This document shows positions 58,743 through 64,000 of a DNA stretch of 64,000 nt, piece after piece. The number at the start of each line of letters is the position of its first letter. The first letter of the stretch is position 1. The notes under the pieces are model-generated. The model saw only the letters and a program-made list of their open reading frames with translations. It did no database searches and had not been told where the DNA came from. This DNA comes from an uncultured virus (IMG/VR IMGVR_UViG_3300020576_008020) (lineage: Duplodnaviria; Heunggongvirae; Uroviricota; Caudoviricetes). Where the stretch lies: IMG/VR virus record IMGVR_UViG_3300020576_008020. One strand, written 5' to 3'. A program made the translations under genes and the position numbers.

Positions 58743-59093
58743 TTATTTAAAATCTTCAGGAAAGTTGGCCCGGCACATTTCCTCCACGGTATCAAACATA
58801 GGTGTATTACAGTGTAGCTGGTCTAAATATTCAGCAGTAACATTATTTTTTGACAAAGATAAGCGCAATGCTATGGATGGTAACCTTCGCTTTTCCTGAT
58901 TCATTAACCAGCCCACGCAGACATTGCCATCTTTCTTATGGCATTGATAAACCTTGCCTATATAATCTTTGTCGGATGCCAGAAGAGCTTTGAATTCATC
59001 GACACTCCACAGCGCCAGTGGCGCATCCTTTCTCTATGGACAGTTGGCGCAAGGTGTAGTCTTGCAAAATTTTGTTTTTTGAGCTACAGCCAT
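58743..59093 (-). pseudogene. DUF6283-like Cys-rich gene with in-frame TAG at codon 20
   Basis: PCANCP*RKDAP..W..DEF...QCHK....CVGWL; TAG at 59034-59036, frame open to TAA 58743-58745. Confidence 0.7.
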
Positions 59094-59473
59094 TTTACTT
59101 CGAAATGGTTAGAAAAATCATCCTCAGTTGCGGAATACAATAGTCGCTTGGTGTCAATAATGGTATCTGCCGGTAAGCCGCATGAAAACAGGCATTGTTT
59201 CCAGAATTCACCGGTTGAACCATTATTAGCTACAATAGCTTCCAACTTTATTATTTCTTCGTCATCTAGCGTAACGCCATGGCAATTTACAGGCCCATCC
59301 CACCATTCAATAAATACATGAGGTATAATTGTGTCGGTACCAAAGGATTTAATTTCAATGTACCCATGGCCATGAGTATATGTGCCGGTAATAATATTTC
59401 CCCCATCAATATGACGGCATATAATGTTGTCCCAAGAGTCGGGCTGCCTGTCGCTTGCTTTTATCCAGCTCAT
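59084..59473 (-). CDS. hypothetical phage protein (WI...R.P N-terminus)
   Basis: MSWIKASDRQP. Confidence 0.6.
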   Translation of the reverse strand: MSWIKASDRQPDSWDNIICRHIDGGNIITGTYTHGHGYIEIKSFGTDTIIPHVFIEWWDGPVNCHGVTLDDEEIIKLEAIVANNGSTGEFWKQCLFSCGLPADTIIDTKRLLYSATEDDFSNHFEVKWL

Positions 59474-59689
59474 GTCGTTTGCTTAAGGGATTGCAGGTAG
59501 CTTGTGAGGTCATTTATTGCTGTGTGTGGAATAAGCATTTCGGAAAGTACGTGACTGCCAACTACAGCCTGGATGCGAATATCCCGGTCCTCATCTTTTT
59601 TAGCAATAATATCGCATGCGCTGCATGATATGCGTATGTCTTCGTTTTCAATTGTTTTGTTTTTTGCCATTGGTATCAGTTTTTTTGTT

Positions 59690-60106
59690 TTAATGTTTTG
59701 TGGGTTTTTTAGGAATATGATAGTCAAACCGCCAGAGCGGGTAGCCATTGTTTCTACAATATTCCATAATCAAAATCAGTTTTAATTCCGGCTCGTCATT
59801 ATATTCCTGCAAAAAATTTTCTATGTCTGCCGGATTTTTTGTGTTCCATGAACCTGGATTGCCATATTTTTGTGAAAGGCTATCATACTTTTTGCAGTCC
59901 CATTCGCGCAGCCTATCGCTATAGGCCGTTCCTGTTACTTCTTCATTTTTACCACCACGCCACACAACATACCCATCATAGCTGTATGGGTGTGTGTCTT
60001 TTGTTCTTTTAACCGGATTGTCGTACTCATCTACATAGTGCAAATTCAAAACATGTCCATCTTGGGTAATGCGCAGCATTTTTTTATTTTGCCTAAATGT
60101 ATTCAT
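59690..60106 (-). CDS. hypothetical phage protein
   Basis: HPYSYD, YSDRL, NGYPLW. Confidence 0.65.
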   Translation of the reverse strand: MNTFRQNKKMLRITQDGHVLNLHYVDEYDNPVKRTKDTHPYSYDGYVVWRGGKNEEVTGTAYSDRLREWDCKKYDSLSQKYGNPGSWNTKNPADIENFLQEYNDEPELKLILIMEYCRNNGYPLWRFDYHIPKKPTKH

Positions 60107-60306
60107 AGATTCAAAAATATCATTGTTATTGAAAAAGCCGCCATGTAAACTGCTATAGCAGCAATACTTTTAATACCTACAGATGCAAGTATTGTAGGAC
60201 CAGTAACCCGCCATCCGGTTATTTCATCATGATACTGCATTGCCCATCCGACTATGAAAAAAAGCACTACCGATAAGGATAAAAGATAAATCATTACCTA
60301 TCAGTA

Positions 60307-60321
60307 GCAATTCTCGTGCCA
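60307..60321 (-). promoter_or_regulatory. sigma54-type promoter
   Basis: TGGCACG-AGAA-TTGC. Confidence 0.8.
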
Positions 60322-60386
60322 AAAAACCAAATTAAATATATTATAAACTGTTTGTTTTTGAAAAGAATAATTATCTTTGAAAATAA

Positions 60387-60803
60387 GTGCTAAGAGCCTA
60401 CAAATACCGATTGAACTTAAACAATGAACAGAAAACGTTCATAAATAAGTCATTTGGATGTGGCAGGGTAGTGTATAATTATTGTTTGCAGCGGCGCATT
60501 GAACTATATAAAGATGGTAAGCAGAAAATAAGTGCTTTTGACCTGTGTAAGGAAATAGTGCAGCTTAAAAAGACTGAAGGCTATTATTGGTTATCTGAAG
60601 TAGACCACCAATCATTGTGCTGTTCGGTTATGAATATGGACAACGCCTACAAGCATTTTTTTAACCGTGGTTTCGGTTTCCCAAAGTTCAAGTGTAAGTA
60701 TTTCAGGCAGTCTTGCAAATTTACTCAAGGCATAAAAATAGATTTCTCGGCCAATAAAGTACGTTTTCCTAAAATAGGGGTAGTGCGTCCTTTTGAATGT
60801 TAA
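60387..60803 (+). pseudogene. tnpB: truncated tnpB (N-terminal part only)
   Basis: LRAYKYRL, FGCGRVVYN, GFPKFK, FPKIG, then stop; no RuvC; TATCTTTG at 60372-60379. Confidence 0.85.
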
Positions 60804-61076
60804 TGTTTTTTAACAAAAAACGGTATTGAGTTTTTGGTAACTTTGTGGTATGGTAAAGAAGAACCCTCCACGTCCCAGAGATATGAACCAGCTCGCAAAG
60901 CGCATTTGTCGATATTTCCACAGGGCAATATACGGAGAAAGAGCCTATTACAACACCTAAGCCTACAAAAAAGAGAAAGCCCAAATCTTAGCCTTACAAG
61001 GCTTGTTTCAAGTCTGCTTTACGTATTGCATATAAATATCCATTTACATTGCGTACCTTTATGCAAACAAATTCTC

Positions 61077-61313
61077 ATGGATAATTCAACTAAGATTCTT
61101 ATTGGTCTTTTAGGCTTAGGTACAATCTATTTGCTGTATGAAAATATGCAGTTTAAAAAATCCAATTTAAATAAGAAAGTTAGCTCTACATCCACTCAAA
61201 CATCCTTTCCGCCACATCATAATGCGTATCCTGTTCCTGTGGCTGGTCAAAAACCCGCCCCCACACCAGAAAGTGTAATGCGTAGAGCAGCAAAAAATCA
61301 GATGCCTAAATAA
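61077..61313 (+). CDS. small membrane-anchored protein
   Basis: MDNSTKILIGLLGLGTIYLLY. Confidence 0.55.
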   Translation: MDNSTKILIGLLGLGTIYLLYENMQFKKSNLNKKVSSTSTQTSFPPHHNAYPVPVAGQKPAPTPESVMRRAAKNQMPK

Positions 61314-61315
61314 TG

Positions 61316-63268
61316 TTATTTAACCACAGCAAGCCGTTCACTTTTAATTAGACTACCAGCTAATATAATGCTGACTATATAATGTCCACTCGGCAAATCC
61401 TGAGTACTAAGACTTATCCTATGTTCTCCTTCTGGTATGTTGTCATTATGCAATCGCTCACTATACTTTCCATCAACACTTCTAATTTCGATAGTACAAA
61501 TACCTTCGTAGTCGGTATTAAATTCAATGGTGAAATTATTTGAGGCGGGATTAGGATATAGTTTTGTATTTACTGCCTCGTTGACATTTATGGTATTTAA
61601 TGCAAAGAAGTTACCTTTTGCTATTTCGCCTATCCATGTGCCACCAGTATTATCAGCTTTTCCATAGCAGCCAGAAGCCCAAACAATTGGGGTTAATGAA
61701 TTTTGTTTTCTGCATAAACCTGTATAATCCCCCCATCTTCCCATGTTGTGTGGTATTGCTTGGTAGTCCCATACAAAACTGCTGCCTGATTTTATTAATA
61801 GAGCGGGTGAGTAATTATTGCTAGCATCAGAACTATATGCGACATAGTATGGGTATGTTGTTGATAAGCTAACATTAGAACACATAATTACATTTTCATC
61901 AGCACCATTTAATCCATAAGAGGCAATATTGGAATGACAAAAATCCCCTGATGTGGTTCCAAATAGCGACCAGCTTGATGGCGGCACAGATGCGCTCGAG
62001 GAACTCCAGATAAGCTTGGCTTTCATTGCATAATTGGCAGAAGCCGAAGCGGAGCTAATAGAAGTAAACGTGAAATAAACACTCCATATTGATGTGGTAG
62101 GATTTCTTATAACAAACCCACCAGTTACTCTGCAATCGCCAACATCCAATTGGTTTGTACTTCCTAGTTGAAAGGCATCATAGCCTATTTCATAGTGAGG
62201 AGAAGCAACATCAATACCAGCAAAAGCATCTGTTGGTTCATACCATGTCCAGAATTGTACAGAGTTACCAATTTGTGATTTTGTGCTGACAAAAGCCATT
62301 GTAGTTGAATATAATCCTGCTTGCCCATAACTTAATGGATAAATAGTAAACCCCTGGTTACCTAAATCATCCAATGGATTTGACCTTTGTAAAGCTGTCC
62401 ATCCAGTTGTAGAGCCACTTAATATTCCAGCCTTAGAGAATCTGAATATAATAGGATATTGAAAAGAATTACTCGAATTATACGCATTGATACTAACATA
62501 AAGAGAGCTTGCATTAATACCAATACTTGGATAATCCATCCAGATGCCCGCTGCTGGTGGTGTATATGTCCAATAACTCCATGCGCCAAGAGGATTTGAC
62601 GTAAGTGGATATGCAATAATTAACTTTGATGTTGACGGTGTTGACCCATCCAAAACAACAAGAAAAAACCTATCTAAAACGTCATCGTAAATTACTTTAG
62701 CATCGTAAAGAACACCTGAAAAACTACTGCTACCTCCCAAAAATGCGTTTATTGAATGCGAGGCCAGCGGAGTTCCAAGAGTATCTTTTATTGTAATGTT
62801 AGAGTTTGTTGTGCTGATTATTATTCCTGAATTTGATATTGCTATGCTATTATCATTCGGGAAGGTTGTGGCGTCATCTGAACTATTAAAGTGATGATTT
62901 AGATAAATCGGTGGTGCCGCGGTTGTTTTATGCCCGTTATTGTTTTCATCTATGATAAATCCTGCTGGAGATTCCTTTTTAATTTGCAGCGTACTATCGC
63001 CACCGTCTTTTCTAAATTTTCTCTTTGATTTTTTAAACTCCCTCAATGCCGTGTCGCCACCTTTATTAAATTCTTGCTTATTATGAATTTTAAAACGTAA
63101 ATCTTTTACAGTATCAGCCTTTATGGGTCTATTATGCGGTGTTCCAGAAATTGGTGTAGCCTTTTTTACATTTTTATTATTAGGAGTATAATTTGGCGCA
63201 CATCTTTGTCCAAATAAAATGAAGGTCTGTAATACTAAGACCAACAATAAAATCAATTTGCCTTTCAT
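61316..63268 (-). CDS. secreted protein with T9SS type A C-terminal sorting domain
   Basis: signal peptide, DYPSIG, RWGDY, KLYPNPA...DLPSGHYIV...K. Confidence 0.85.
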   Translation of the reverse strand: MKGKLILLLVLVLQTFILFGQRCAPNYTPNNKNVKKATPISGTPHNRPIKADTVKDLRFKIHNKQEFNKGGDTALREFKKSKRKFRKDGGDSTLQIKKESPAGFIIDENNNGHKTTAAPPIYLNHHFNSSDDATTFPNDNSIAISNSGIIISTTNSNITIKDTLGTPLASHSINAFLGGSSSFSGVLYDAKVIYDDVLDRFFLVVLDGSTPSTSKLIIAYPLTSNPLGAWSYWTYTPPAAGIWMDYPSIGINASSLYVSINAYNSSNSFQYPIIFRFSKAGILSGSTTGWTALQRSNPLDDLGNQGFTIYPLSYGQAGLYSTTMAFVSTKSQIGNSVQFWTWYEPTDAFAGIDVASPHYEIGYDAFQLGSTNQLDVGDCRVTGGFVIRNPTTSIWSVYFTFTSISSASASANYAMKAKLIWSSSSASVPPSSWSLFGTTSGDFCHSNIASYGLNGADENVIMCSNVSLSTTYPYYVAYSSDASNNYSPALLIKSGSSFVWDYQAIPHNMGRWGDYTGLCRKQNSLTPIVWASGCYGKADNTGGTWIGEIAKGNFFALNTINVNEAVNTKLYPNPASNNFTIEFNTDYEGICTIEIRSVDGKYSERLHNDNIPEGEHRISLSTQDLPSGHYIVSIILAGSLIKSERLAVVK

Positions 63269-63321
63269 TTTGGTTTGTTTTTATGTATGAGTAAATAAAA
63301 TAGCGTAACCGAAATTCTTCC

Positions 63322-63431
63322 GCTACTCAAGGCTCTGGAAGCCCCATCTCACAAAAGACACGATTACGCCATGCGGCGTACCGTAGTCATTTTGTTGCGA
63401 GATGTTCAAATTTTCCAGATTTAGAGTTAGC
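63322..63431 (-). ncRNA. long imperfect hairpin in the 5' leader of the T9SS gene
   Basis: nested pairs TACGCC/GGCGTA, CAAAA/TTTTG, CATCTC/GAGATG, TCTGGAA/TTCCAGA, GCTACTC/GAGTTAGC. Confidence 0.6.
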
Positions 63432-63595
63432 AACTAAATGTTACAATACAAACTTGTATATGTCCTGTCTTTTATCTATTCATTCATTCTATTTTCGTCA
63501 GCAATATATTTATCTTCAAGGATAAACAACTTTAGCAAAAGTAATTATATTTACGATATGTAGTGTGTGGTAAATATAATAAATATTGGCACAGG

Positions 63596-64000
63596 ATGTC
63601 TGACGATAAGTTGCTTGACGATTATAAGATATTGGGAGAGTACGGTGTTAAAATGACACTGTTCCATAAGTTCCAATACTACCAGAACATAATTGATACC
63701 TGTATTGATAATAATAAGCCTATTCCTGCTACTATTGCCAAGCTCTACTTTACGCTATTTCAGAACTTATGGCATGTAAAAAAGAAACGAACAAAAAAGA
63801 TAACTGATGCGCTTATAAAAAGGTTTTCCAAAGAGGTCATCAGGTACTTTGAATCAGATAAAGGCAAAGGGTACAATTTTTCTGGCGAAAGGCTGGTTCA
63901 CGGCAATACCTACAATGTTTTGACAAGGACGGTCGAAGATTCTACTCACTATGAAAGCTATTCATTAGCCCAAATGATTAAAAGCTGTGTTAATAGCTAC
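63596..64000 (+). CDS. hypothetical protein, runs off the window
   Basis: MSDDKLLDDY... open to the window end. Confidence 0.55.
   Translation, partial: MSDDKLLDDYKILGEYGVKMTLFHKFQYYQNIIDTCIDNNKPIPATIAKLYFTLFQNLWHVKKKRTKKITDALIKRFSKEVIRYFESDKGKGYNFSGERLVHGNTYNVLTRTVEDSTHYESYSLAQMIKSCVNSY

Noticed and set aside
1..64000. Genome-wide stop-codon reassignment (code 15 or 4)
   Set aside because: Long genes are intact under code 11, and TAG/TGA end genes at tight junctions; only isolated in-frame stops were seen

Overview
This window reads as part of a large phage or phage-like element of a Bacteroidota host. It has densely packed, mostly minus-strand short hypothetical genes, TAnnTTTG promoters and a T9SS-sorted protein, and I recognise no capsid, terminase, rRNA or tRNA genes. 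Recognisable content: (1) a complete IS1595-family transposon (25-bp perfect TIRs, 8-bp TSD) carrying an adenine methyltransferase and a DUF262-HNH nuclease, inserted into a gene that can be rebuilt in frame; (2) two polyvalent-type proteins, one a topoisomerase IB / ADP-ribosyltransferase-like fusion, flanking an intact tnpB; (3) auxiliary genes (glycosyltransferases, ACP, TerC, MazG, SUV3-like helicase, exonucleases, DenV, methyltransferases); (4) a replication initiator plus loader ATPase associated with a repeated 16-bp palindrome; (5) at least 13 sigma54-type (-24/-12) promoters. The most notable locus is a nuclease-dead Cas12f-like gene (49626-50825). It is followed on the same strand by a candidate RNA scaffold and a small CRISPR array of 36-bp repeats, and I recognise no cas1/cas2 or sigma factor in the window. 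It is a candidate phage-encoded RNA-guided regulator. All family assignments come from motif recognition by eye; no database searches were run.
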